From assembly GCA_002104945.1 (NCBI GenBank), contig MCFH01000011.1, positions 992,001-1,056,000 on the forward strand: a stretch of DNA of 64,000 bases. Direction: 5' to 3'. The translations under genes and the position numbers were made by a program. This document shows, piece after piece, positions 36,365-46,831 of this stretch. The number at the start of each line of letters is the position of its first letter. Within the stretch, counting starts at the first letter, position 1. The notes beneath the pieces were generated by a model. That model had not been told where the DNA came from. It ran no database searches and saw nothing but the letters and a program-made list of their open reading frames with translations. Origin of the DNA: Piromyces finnis finn. Taxonomy: Eukaryota; Fungi; Neocallimastigomycota.

Positions 36365-36950
36365 TGTAAGAAATTAGAATTAAACTTAAGTAATTCTATA
36401 TTTCTTATTAAAATGTATACATTTTTCATGTTTTATTTTATTAATATTTTATAAATGTAACAATACTTATTATGTAATATGTGTAATGTAAATTAAATTG
36501 TAGTTTTATTTTAAATTATATTAAACATTTTATTTAATTATTTAGTATATTTTATTATCTAAATTAAAATTAAAGTAAAATTGATAGGAACCGGATATTA
36601 AATATTTTTCCTATCACAAATAGGTTTTGATTTAATTATTCGGTGATTAATAAGAATAGATTATTAATCGAAATCCTTCTAGGGTTTTCTTATCTAGTCT
36701 TTCCCTAGAAGATTTATTTGTTAAACTAGAAAATTCTTTAATTTAACCCAAAATTTTAAAATTCTTATAAATAAAACAACTCTTGAATTTAATTAAAAAA
36801 TTCAAGAGTTATTATTTTTTCTTTGTAAGAAAAAATAAACTCAAAACTTATTAAGAGAAGTTTTAATAAAAATTTTTAAAAAAATTATTATTCAATAATT
36901 TAAAATAAGAATAAAACAAAACATTAAAGATACGTATTACTTATTTTGTG
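36365..36950 (+). mobile_element. Degenerate LTR family F, right boundary uncertain
   Basis: Starts TGTAAGAA; contains GGAACCGGATATT and ACTCTTGA..TCAAGAGT like the other F copies. Confidence 0.55.
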
Positions 36951-36999
36951 AATATAGTTATATTATTATATTACTTACAGTGTATTATTACATTGTAGT

Positions 37000-38027
37000 T
37001 GTAAAAGTTTTACTAAACTTATAATTTAATATTAAAATATTAAATTAAATAAAAGATTAAAGATAACTTGGTTAGAAAAAATATTTTATTAAAATAATCT
37101 TAATTGTTTTATAAATGAATAATTAAATTATGTATTATAGTTAAAATAACTTCTTTTTATTTTATTTAAAGAATATATATAATAATGAGATTATTTAATA
37201 GTAATACTTATTAAGTATTAATAAGATAATAATCTTTACAAAGATTTAATTCATAAAACTATTCTAAACTATTTATACTATTTGTAATTTTACATTTAAT
37301 AATAAAATAACTTTTTAATACATGATTATTTTTATAATATATTTTATAATACTAAGGCTAAACTTAAGACTTATTACTAATTATTAAAAATAACTATTGT
37401 TTATATATTCATAATATTAATTATTTCTTAATTATAATATAATTCATTGAATATAATATTAATAATTATAATCTTTTAATTCAAAGATTATAAGTTATGT
37501 TATTGAAATAATTATTATAAAATAAAGTTAATTAATTCCGGAAAATAATTTTAATTTAATTAAAACAATAATTTATATCCTTTTGGGTGAATGATTTATG
37601 TTCAATACATCAGGGGTGATCATTCTCTGAATAAACAATTAATCATTACTAACAAAATATCTTTAAATTGGAATATCTCGTGAACCAGCAGAGATATCGA
37701 CCTGATTTTAAGATATGTTGTTTATCTCAAGCGTGGCTTTCTAATGAACCCACAATCTCCCAAAACACAATTATCCAAAATCGCCATTCGTTAAGGAGAT
37801 ACGCGTGTTTTTCCTTATTTAATTTTGACGATAAGGGTTAAAGTTATTTGTTATAAAAATATTAAGGGTTAAGGTCATATCTTAACCTTTTATAAATTTT
37901 TTAAATATTTCTTAATATAATTTTATAATTTATTTGAAAATAAAATATTATTGATTTTGAAATTTTATAAGTAATTTCACAATTTCAAGTGATCTTGAAA
38001 TTGCAGATTCCACTAGTATTCGTGACA
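37000..38027 (+). mobile_element. Solo LTR family A (uninterrupted reference copy, 1028 bp)
   Basis: TGTAAAAG..CGTGACA, TSD GTAGT. Confidence 0.93.
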
Positions 38028-40205
38028 GTAGTTATGTTAAGTTTTTGGATTTGGTTATGCGGCCAGGTCAGAATGTTATCAATTATATAGTAAATATGTT
38101 TTTTAAGAAATTAAATTTAAATATAAAATAACCCTTTAAACTTCCAAATGAAAAATTAATATTTATTCTTTAGAATAACTTTTTTATAAAATTTTATTTA
38201 TTTATTAATAATAATATAAATGATAATATATTTAATAACTATATAATTAAGATTATAACTATAATCTTTACAAAGAATTAAAATCGAATTCAATTCATTC
38301 TATTTTATATTCTTTGTTCAGATTATTAAATTGATAAAAATAAAGTATTACATGTAATATATTAATAACATAATAAGATTGTTTGTTTATTTGTTTGTTT
38401 GTTTTGTCATGACATAAAATAAAATAAACATATGATTAATCATTTAAACACTTGATCCATTAACCTATTTTATAATAATTAAAATTATTTAATTTATAAA
38501 TGTTAACTGTTACACCTAAATGGTTTAGTTCTATTTTTAGTAACAGTCACTATCATTAATTAAATTAATATAATTAAAATTTCTATTGATATCTTTTTAA
38601 TTTTCGTCAAGTCATAAGAAATGTCTATGATCCATACTTGATATCATATTAATTTTAATTTACTTATTAAAATCTTCAAATGACCATATCTTTCTTAAAT
38701 GACCAGTTAGAAGGACCGCGATTGTACCAAAATGTAGCTTTTCCCTTAAGCTTCCTAATAAACTTAGTTTCACAGCCGTAGTACTTACAGCCGTAGCACT
38801 CGTTTTTGGCGAGTTATGCGTAGTTTCGTATTTGTTTATTTTTGGCTAAGGGTTATAGTGTATTGATATTAAATTTTTGAAATCATAACCCTTTCACTGA
38901 ATCAAAATTTAAAAGGTGACTTTTAAAGGTGTTTTAAAATAATTATTGGGATCATTTAATTCTAATTATTATGTTTAATTGATTATATATATATATCTGA
39001 ATTTGTTTTAAATTCAGTTAATATCTTCACAAGTTAAGTGTAAAATATTATATTAATAGAATAATGTATTTAATACGTATTTAAAATAATGTATAATGTA
39101 TTAAATTAATGTACCGTAAATTTCCATAAAATTCATATCACAATACATTAACATAAATTTATGTAAATTTTATTTTTTAATTACAAAAATTTATATCACA
39201 ATACATTAACATAAATTTATGTAAAATTTAATTTTATGATAAGATAAAGTTTTTGATGATAAAATAAAATTTTAAATTAAATGAATTTTAACCAATAAAT
39301 ATTTTAGATAATAAAAAATTTTTTTTATAAACTAAGTCTCAAAATTAGAAATAAATAAATTGAATATATGTTTGAAATGTAATCAACCATATAGTAAATA
39401 AATCAAAACTTTATTTTAAGTTTAGAAAATTCTTTAGTAAATAAGTTGAATTTAAATAGTTTAATACAAATAATTTCTTTTAATAAATGTATAAATGTAA
39501 ACAGTGTAAAATTATAATATTAAAACATGTATATTAGAATTTATTCAATTTATTTAAAAAGTATAAATAAAGAGAATTTTTCAACTATTGAAACGATAGT
39601 TGGAAAATCGTATAGGTTAATTTTGTTTAGATAAATTAACATTAGTTTATAATTAGTTTATAGTTTAGATTAATAATTTTAGTTTTAAATAAATATAAAT
39701 TGATTACCTAGTGAGGGCTCTGGTGAAATATCCTTCACGGTAAAGTAATCAACGGTTGTTTAGTTAGTGTAATGAATACTAGAAATAACTAAATTGTCTT
39801 AGTGGTTAGTAGCTAAGACTTTGAGTCTGAATGACACTAGTTCGAGACCTCATAGATACTATTTTAAAAAAATTATAATTTTATTTTATTTTATTTTATT
39901 TTTAAATTTTATTTTATATGAAGATTATTGATTGGTTAAGAATTTTAAGTTGAAAAAATTTTATAAATTAATTTAAAAAATTTTTAGTATAAATACGAGT
40001 GAATTTTCCCAAATATTTTAAAGAATCGAGATTTTATTAATAAATAATTATATTATTAAACACTAACTTATTAAGTTAAATTCTATGTGTTTTTAATGAT
40101 ATTTTTATAAATTAATAATTTACAGAATATTTTAAAGTGTTAATATTACTAAGTTATTTAGTAAATATTATAATTTGTTTTATTGTTAAAGACACATTTC
40201 TTTAC

Positions 40206-40216
40206 AATAAAATCTC
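40206..40216 (+). other. Self-priming site of element L
   Basis: AATAAAATCTC is the exact complement of GAGATTTTATT at 40028-40038 in the LTR, downstream of TATAAATA (39988-39995). No TGG tRNA-type PBS is present. Confidence 0.75.
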
Positions 40217-41097
40217 CTTATAATATAAAAGCTTAATACCTTAGTGTTTAAGGAATTGTTATAGATAAAACTTTTAAGTTTTATTGTTGAAGCTTTTCTT
40301 TAAAGAAATATTTTTACTTAAAGTAGTAGAATTAGTACGCTTTAGAAGCGGTATATAATTCAAACTATAAAAAGTAAAAGATTAACGGGATCAAGTTTAA
40401 CCTGTACAATAATTGGGTTGGCAGGCTCTGAGCTATTCTACTTTGAATAAGGAAGTAGGAGAATCCGAGGTACACCACGTACAAGACGCTGTAATAAGCA
40501 AGCTGGCGTGAGATTTATAGTTGTATACTATCTTTTGCTGTTTGATTATAGACCGGAAAATAGCCGGAAATGCCTTACTTTAATAAAATAATATTTCTTA
40601 ATTAATACATTTTAAAATTAAGTTTTCTAATAAAACAATTTCTAATTTTTAATTATAATTATTAATTGTTAAGACAATTTATTAAAATTGTAATAATATA
40701 AAATAATATTCTTTATAACTCCTTTAGCGTGAGAAGTTAAACTCTTATACATAATACTTCTACGTTCGGATAAGGTTGATATAGGGAAAGAAAACCTGTA
40801 ATAATTTTTATTGCTAACAATAAGTTAGACACTAAAAAAAATTTTTACACCGTTCCTTTCTTTTATTAATTTAATTAATATTAACAATCGACTTTATACG
40901 TGTTATCGTGAAGAGCTACGAAGGACTTATTATAAAGAATAAAACAGGTTATATATTTGATGGTTTAACACTATATAATCTGGTTTGTATTATTATTTAA
41001 TAAAAAGATTTACTCAATTAATAAATATAATTAAATACTTTATTCTATTATTTTTACAAATTTATTAAAGCTTATTAAAGAAAACATCATAAGTACT

Positions 41098-44000
41098 ATG
41101 GAAGAGAACGAAAACAACCACATGGATAATAATAATATTTTCGAAAACGCAACTCTTAAGGATGGTTTTGCAGGGGATCGCAGGTATCTGAAGGGTTTCT
41201 TAGCTAAGGTGGAGCTAGTGTTTATGCTATATCCTGAACGGTATCAAGACGACGCAACCAAAATTCTCTATATAATATCAAGACTTTATGGGGACGCTAT
41301 GAACTGGGCTGCTACTCTTATAAACAACCATGATCCGTGTCTTAATAACTACCAAGCTTTTGTTGACAGATTTAAGGCTTTTTATGGTTATAACGATGCT
41401 ACCTATGTTGCAAATCAAATGCTTAGAACCTTAAAACAACGCCGATTAGGAGGAATTAGAGGCTATATCTTGGAATTTAACCGCTATGCTGATGAATCAA
41501 ACTGGAATGAACAAGCCAAAATGGATGCATTTATAGCTGGCCTTAATCAACAAGTTGCCGTTCGTATTTTGGAAATGTTTCCGGGTCCTAGGGATCTTCT
41601 TTCATTACAGACTATTGCTTCAAGAATCGATTCAAGATTATCTACACATCATACCTTTTTCCCTTCTGGTTCAAACAATGACCAAAACCGAAAGAAAAGA
41701 TCTTTTCATCACTCTTCAAAAATAACAAAGTCCATTACAAACAGGAATAACCATGGCCCTATCTCAAACGAAGAAAAGGAAAGAAGAAAGAAAGAAAATC
41801 TTTGTGTGTATTGTGGTGCTTCAAGTCATAAGCTTAATAATTGTCCAAAAAGAAAGAATAAAGATCGTGAAAATCCTTCACTAATATCTATTCCCACACT
41901 TATATCCGCTCCTAAAGAAGAAAACAAAACTCATAATAAAATGACAACTAAATTTAAACTTTCTTATGAACTAAATACGGATATTCTTATTGACTCAGGA
42001 TCCAAACTTAATTTAATTGATGTAGATTACTGTAACGATAATAACATTCCTTATCATGATGATGGTAACCTCCCAAATATCGTTGGTATCGGTGGTCGAC
42101 AATCTCTTTTTGGAATTACATCTCCTTTGAATCTTCGCTACAAAGATCATCTCTGTCGAACACAATTCTATGTAACTGATCTACCTTATTATCCTTGTAT
42201 TCTTGGAATAGACTGGCTTAAAGAACACAATCCTTCTATCGATTTCACAAAGAACAAAATTTCATTTGTATCCGATTACTGTTATAATCGTTGTATAACA
42301 CTCTCCAATAATGTCTCTGAATTTCCTGAAGAAAGATCTGCTTTTCCTGCAATGGAAGATCCTTCCTACGAACCTCCGCATGATTCATTCGCTTACCCTA
42401 TATTTGTCGATAAACAAAACATCCAATCTCAAAACGAAACTAATCGTACTTGTACTATTCTCTGTTCGGGTTCTTCAAAAAATATTAACAATTCTGTTTC
42501 TAAGAAGTCTTCTGTTAACTTTTCTACTTCGTCTCTCTCAAATCAAGAACCAACTTCTGTTTTGACTTCTTTTTCTGATTCTAATATTCATTCCAATTCT
42601 ATTCTCAAATCCGATTCAAACTCTAAATCAGAACCCAATTCTTCTATTATACTTCCGGATGTTCTCTCTGACTTTGCTGATGTCTTCAATGAATCTAATG
42701 CTGAAAAACTTCCTCCACACCGTCCATACGATTGTGAAATAAAACTCAAAGAAAATTCAAAACTGTTTTATGGACCGATTTATCCCTTAACAGAAACCGA
42801 ATCAATTGCTTTAGAAGAATATATAAAAGAAAATCTCAAGAAAGGATTTATTAGAAAATCAAAATCGCCTGCGGGAGCTCCTATTCTGTTTGTACCTAAG
42901 AAAAACGGTCAACTTCGTATGTGTGTTGACTATCGCCAATTAAACTCCATAACTATTCGTGATTCTTATCCCCTTCCTCTTATACAAGATATGCTTGAAC
43001 ATCTTGGAAAAGGGAAGATTTTCTCAAAATTGGATCTTCGTTCTGCCTATAACTTGGTCAGGATTAAAAGTGGTGATGAATATAAAACCGCTTTTACTTG
43101 CAAGTTAGGTCATTTTGAATACTGCGTGATGCCTTTTGGGTTGAAAAATGCACCTGCTGTTTTTCAACATTTCATTAATGATGTTCTTGAAGACGTTCTT
43201 GGTAAATTCGCTTTCTCTTACATAGATGATATTATTATTTTTTCCTCGGATTATAAATCTCATATTTCTCATGTCAAAACTGTTTTGAAACTCCTGAGGG
43301 ATACTGGGCTCTATGCTAAATTGGAAAAATGCGAGTTTTTTGTTTCTTTTATTGATTTCCTTGGTCATAGGATTTCTACTGATGGTATTCACATGGACCC
43401 AAATAAAGTTTCTTCTATTTTAAACTGGCCTACTCCATCTAATGTTAAAGAGGTTCAATCTTTTCTTGGTCTTGCGAACTACTACCGTCGATTTATTCCA
43501 AATTTTGCAAAGATCGCTCATCCTTTGCATAAACTTTTGAAGAAAAATGTTAAATTTGTATGGTCTAAAGAAGCTCAAGATGCTTTCGATTCACTCAAGT
43601 CCTTATTTGTTTCTGCTCCTGTTCTTATATTTCCTAATCGTGAACTTCCGTTCATAGTCGAAACTGATTCAAGTAACTTTGCCATTGGTGCTATTCTCTC
43701 GCAAGTCTCTCCAATTGATAATATGACACATCCAGTTGCTTTCTTTTCTCGCTCTCTTACTGGTCCTGAACGTAATTATCCAATATATGATAAAGAGCTC
43801 TTAGCTATCGTTGCTGCTCTTGAAACATGGCGTCATCTACTTAAAGGCTCTTCTTCTACTTTTAAGATTTACTCGGATCATCGAAATTTACTCTATCAAA
43901 AGAAACCTGAAAAAATGTCTCAACGTCTTGTTCGCTGGGCTTTGTTTCTCTCTGAATTTAACTTTGTTATTATTTATCGTTCTGGTTCTTCTAACGGTAA

Positions 44001-45537
44001 GCCTGATGCCCTATCTCGTCGTCCTGATTATGCTATCAATTCGAATTCCTCTTCTGATGTTCCTTTTAATGTTCTTCGCCCTGAAAACTTTTGTGCCATT
44101 GTGACTTCTGTTTCGTCCATTAGTGATTCTTTTCTTTCCGAATATATAAATGATGACTTTTACAATAAAACCTGTGAATATCTTGATTGTAGGAAACCTC
44201 CAATACCTCACCCTCAAATTGACAAATTTTCCTTAAGCAATAGTTTTCTCCTTTTTACTGACAGAATCTATGTTCCTCCTAATTGTCGTCTTTCAATTCT
44301 TAAACTCTGTCACGACTCTCCTTCAGCTGGTCATTTCGGAATAAAGAAAACATCTTCTCTTATTGCTAGAGACTTCTGGTGGCCTTCTATTTCTTCTGAT
44401 GTTAAAGACTACGTTCGTTCTTGTGAAGTTTGTTGTCGTTCAAAAACCTTTCGTCATAAACCTTATGGTCTTCTGAATCCTCTTGATATTGCTGAGCGTC
44501 CTTGGTCATCCATTTCAATGGATTTCATTACAGATTTGCCTTCATCTTCTGGTTTCACTTGCATTCTTGTTGTTGATCGTCTTACAAAAATGGTTCATCT
44601 CATTCCGTTCAAAAGTATTCCTTCCGCCGCCGAAACAGCCACAGCCTTTATTGATAATATTTTCCGTCTTCATGGCCTACCTGAATCTATTGTCTCGGAT
44701 AGAGGTTCTCAATTTACCTCTAAATTCTTCCAATCCATCTGTTCCTCCCTTGGCATTGAACTTAAGTTGTCTACTCCATTTCATCATCAATCAAACGGTC
44801 AGACGGAGAGGGTGAACTCCGTTATAGAACAATATTTAAGATGTTTCTCAAATTATAAAGGTTCAAATTGGAAAAGTTTTCTTAGTCTTGCAGAATTTAG
44901 TTATAACAACGTGGTTCAAGAATCATCCAAATTTTCTCCATTCTTTTTGAATTACGGCTTTCATCCAAAATATTCACCAGTTATTCCAGACCTATCTAAA
45001 GTCCCAAGAGCAGAAGAGTTTACAAGAGATTTTAAAACTTTAATTAATACCTTAAAAGAAAATTTAAAATCTGCCATGGAAACCCAGAAGAAGCATGCTG
45101 ACAAACGTAGAAAAGAAGCTCCGAATTTTAAAGTTGGTGACAAAGTTTGGCTGGATAGTTCTTTAATTATCCACAAAGGAAATAAAAAATTTAAGCCAAG
45201 AAAACTCGGCCCATACAAAATCTTGGAAAAAATATCAAATGTTACATTTAAATTAAGTCTCCCAAAATCTATTAAGATTCATCCAGTTATTCATGTATCC
45301 AATCTCGAGAAATATGTCGAAGATAAATTTGGAAGATCTCAACCACCACCGCCACCTATTACCGTTGACAATGAAGAAGAATACGAAGTTGAAGAAATTC
45401 TGGATAAAAGAAGACATTACGGAAAAATACAATACCTGATTAAATGGAAAGGGTATTCAATCAATGAAGCTTCGTGGGAGCCTGAAGAAAATCTAAATTG
45501 CAAGGGGCTACTTAAAAAATTTAATAGAAAGAAATAA
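41098..45537 (+). CDS. gag-pol: Gag-Pol polyprotein (capsid, CCHC, protease, RT, RNase H, integrase, chromodomain) of element L
   Basis: 1479-aa ORF: [35 protein letters not shown] and a canonical chromodomain [22 protein letters not shown]. Confidence 0.96.
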   Translation: MEENENNHMDNNNIFENATLKDGFAGDRRYLKGFLAKVELVFMLYPERYQDDATKILYIISRLYGDAMNWAATLINNHDPCLNNYQAFVDRFKAFYGYNDATYVANQMLRTLKQRRLGGIRGYILEFNRYADESNWNEQAKMDAFIAGLNQQVAVRILEMFPGPRDLLSLQTIASRIDSRLSTHHTFFPSGSNNDQNRKKRSFHHSSKITKSITNRNNHGPISNEEKERRKKENLCVYCGASSHKLNNCPKRKNKDRENPSLISIPTLISAPKEENKTHNKMTTKFKLSYELNTDILIDSGSKLNLIDVDYCNDNNIPYHDDGNLPNIVGIGGRQSLFGITSPLNLRYKDHLCRTQFYVTDLPYYPCILGIDWLKEHNPSIDFTKNKISFVSDYCYNRCITLSNNVSEFPEERSAFPAMEDPSYEPPHDSFAYPIFVDKQNIQSQNETNRTCTILCSGSSKNINNSVSKKSSVNFSTSSLSNQEPTSVLTSFSDSNIHSNSILKSDSNSKSEPNSSIILPDVLSDFADVFNESNAEKLPPHRPYDCEIKLKENSKLFYGPIYPLTETESIALEEYIKENLKKGFIRKSKSPAGAPILFVPKKNGQLRMCVDYRQLNSITIRDSYPLPLIQDMLEHLGKGKIFSKLDLRSAYNLVRIKSGDEYKTAFTCKLGHFEYCVMPFGLKNAPAVFQHFINDVLEDVLGKFAFSYIDDIIIFSSDYKSHISHVKTVLKLLRDTGLYAKLEKCEFFVSFIDFLGHRISTDGIHMDPNKVSSILNWPTPSNVKEVQSFLGLANYYRRFIPNFAKIAHPLHKLLKKNVKFVWSKEAQDAFDSLKSLFVSAPVLIFPNRELPFIVETDSSNFAIGAILSQVSPIDNMTHPVAFFSRSLTGPERNYPIYDKELLAIVAALETWRHLLKGSSSTFKIYSDHRNLLYQKKPEKMSQRLVRWALFLSEFNFVIIYRSGSSNGKPDALSRRPDYAINSNSSSDVPFNVLRPENFCAIVTSVSSISDSFLSEYINDDFYNKTCEYLDCRKPPIPHPQIDKFSLSNSFLLFTDRIYVPPNCRLSILKLCHDSPSAGHFGIKKTSSLIARDFWWPSISSDVKDYVRSCEVCCRSKTFRHKPYGLLNPLDIAERPWSSISMDFITDLPSSSGFTCILVVDRLTKMVHLIPFKSIPSAAETATAFIDNIFRLHGLPESIVSDRGSQFTSKFFQSICSSLGIELKLSTPFHHQSNGQTERVNSVIEQYLRCFSNYKGSNWKSFLSLAEFSYNNVVQESSKFSPFFLNYGFHPKYSPVIPDLSKVPRAEEFTRDFKTLINTLKENLKSAMETQKKHADKRRKEAPNFKVGDKVWLDSSLIIHKGNKKFKPRKLGPYKILEKISNVTFKLSLPKSIKIHPVIHVSNLEKYVEDKFGRSQPPPPPITVDNEEEYEVEEILDKRRHYGKIQYLIKWKGYSINEASWEPEENLNCKGLLKKFNRKK

Positions 45538-46402
45538 AAAATAGTTAAAAAATTCAAATTATATTTATTATTAATATTAAAATCACAATTATTATTATTA
45601 TCAAAACTTATTAATATCATTATCAATATCAATTTTATTATTAAACAATTTATTAATATCAAATTTATCAATATTTTATTTTTAACTTTAGTAATATTAA
45701 AAAAAAAAAAAAATGTATTTTATTATATTAAATGTATTTTTATAATTAAGAAAATTCACTCCTTAGTTTAGTTTATTAAAAAAGAAAAACATATATTTAA
45801 ATATTAAAATTCTAGATTCGTCTGGTATCCGAATCCTGGAGGAGGACCATGTAATGAATACTAGAAATAACTAAATTGTCTTAGTGGTTAGTAGCTAAGA
45901 CTTTGAGTCTGAATGACACTAGTTCGAGACCTCATAGATACTATTTTAAAAAAATTATAATTTTATTTTATTTTATTTTATTTTTAAATTTTATTTTATA
46001 TGAAGATTATTGATTGGTTAAGAATTTTAAGTTGAAAAAATTTTATAAATTAATTTAAAAAATTTTTAGTATAAATACGAGTGAATTTTCCCAAATATTT
46101 TAAAGAATCGAGATTTTATTAATAAATAATTATATTATTAAACACTAACTTATTAAGTTAAATTCTATGTGTTTTTAATGATATTTTTATAAATTAATAA
46201 TTTACAGAATATTTTAAAGTGTTAATATTACTAAGTTATTTAGTAAATATTATAATTTGTTTTATTGTTAAAGACACATTTCTTTACAGTTAGTATAGTT
46301 TTAAAAATAAATAAATAAATAAATAAAAATTATTATTAAAAATAATTAGTTTAATTGTTAGTTTAGTGTTGTATACAAACCTGAACTTTAGAATATTTTA
46401 CA

Positions 46403-46413
46403 ATTTTCCAACT
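46403..46413 (+). other. Self-priming site of element M
   Basis: ATTTTCCAACT is the exact complement of AGTTGGAAAAT (39598-39608; 51857-51867), downstream of TATAAATA at 39562-39569. Confidence 0.8.
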
Positions 46414-46831
46414 TGATAGTATAAAAGTTCACCTTTGTATACATAGTGATAATTGAAAAAAAAAATTAATAATTAATTATAGTGAGAATTTAATAATAGA
46501 TTAAATTCGGGGATTATATAAAAAATATTAATAATAAAAAAAAAAAAAAAAAAAAAAAAATTTTTTTTGTTAGAAATTAATTTTAGTTAATTTCGGGGTA
46601 TTTTAAAATTATTTGGTATAGAATAATTTGTTGTTAAAATAGTTTAATAGTTAATAATTAATAAATAGTAATAATATAAAAATACTAGTTTAGTTAATAA
46701 TATATAATACATTATTTGGTTTTAGTTATTAATAAGAAAGTTTAAAATAAGTATAGAAAATAAAGTTGAGCAAATTAAATAATTGGGATATTAAATATTG
46801 GTTGACTATTTGTTGTTTATTAAGTAGTAAT

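Larger units (their letters stand above)
39768..46288 (+). mobile_element. Intact full-length Ty3/Gypsy chromovirus L (Tf1/sushi-like)
   Basis: 439-bp LTRs 39768-40206 and 45850-46288 with no difference seen by eye, TSD GTTAG, PPT GGAGGAGGACCA, single uninterrupted ORF. Confidence 0.96.

Noticed and set aside
37975-38027. Helitron 3' end (palindrome followed by CTAG-T) in repeat family A
   Set aside because: The repeat continues to ..CGTGACA, begins with TG, and has 5-bp TSDs at three clean sites plus a visible empty site in the E LTR. It is an LTR, not a Helitron.
39790-39865. Functional tRNA-Gln in the LTRs of L
   Set aside because: The acceptor, D and T stems do not pair; only box-like motifs remain (kept as a low-ranked finding).
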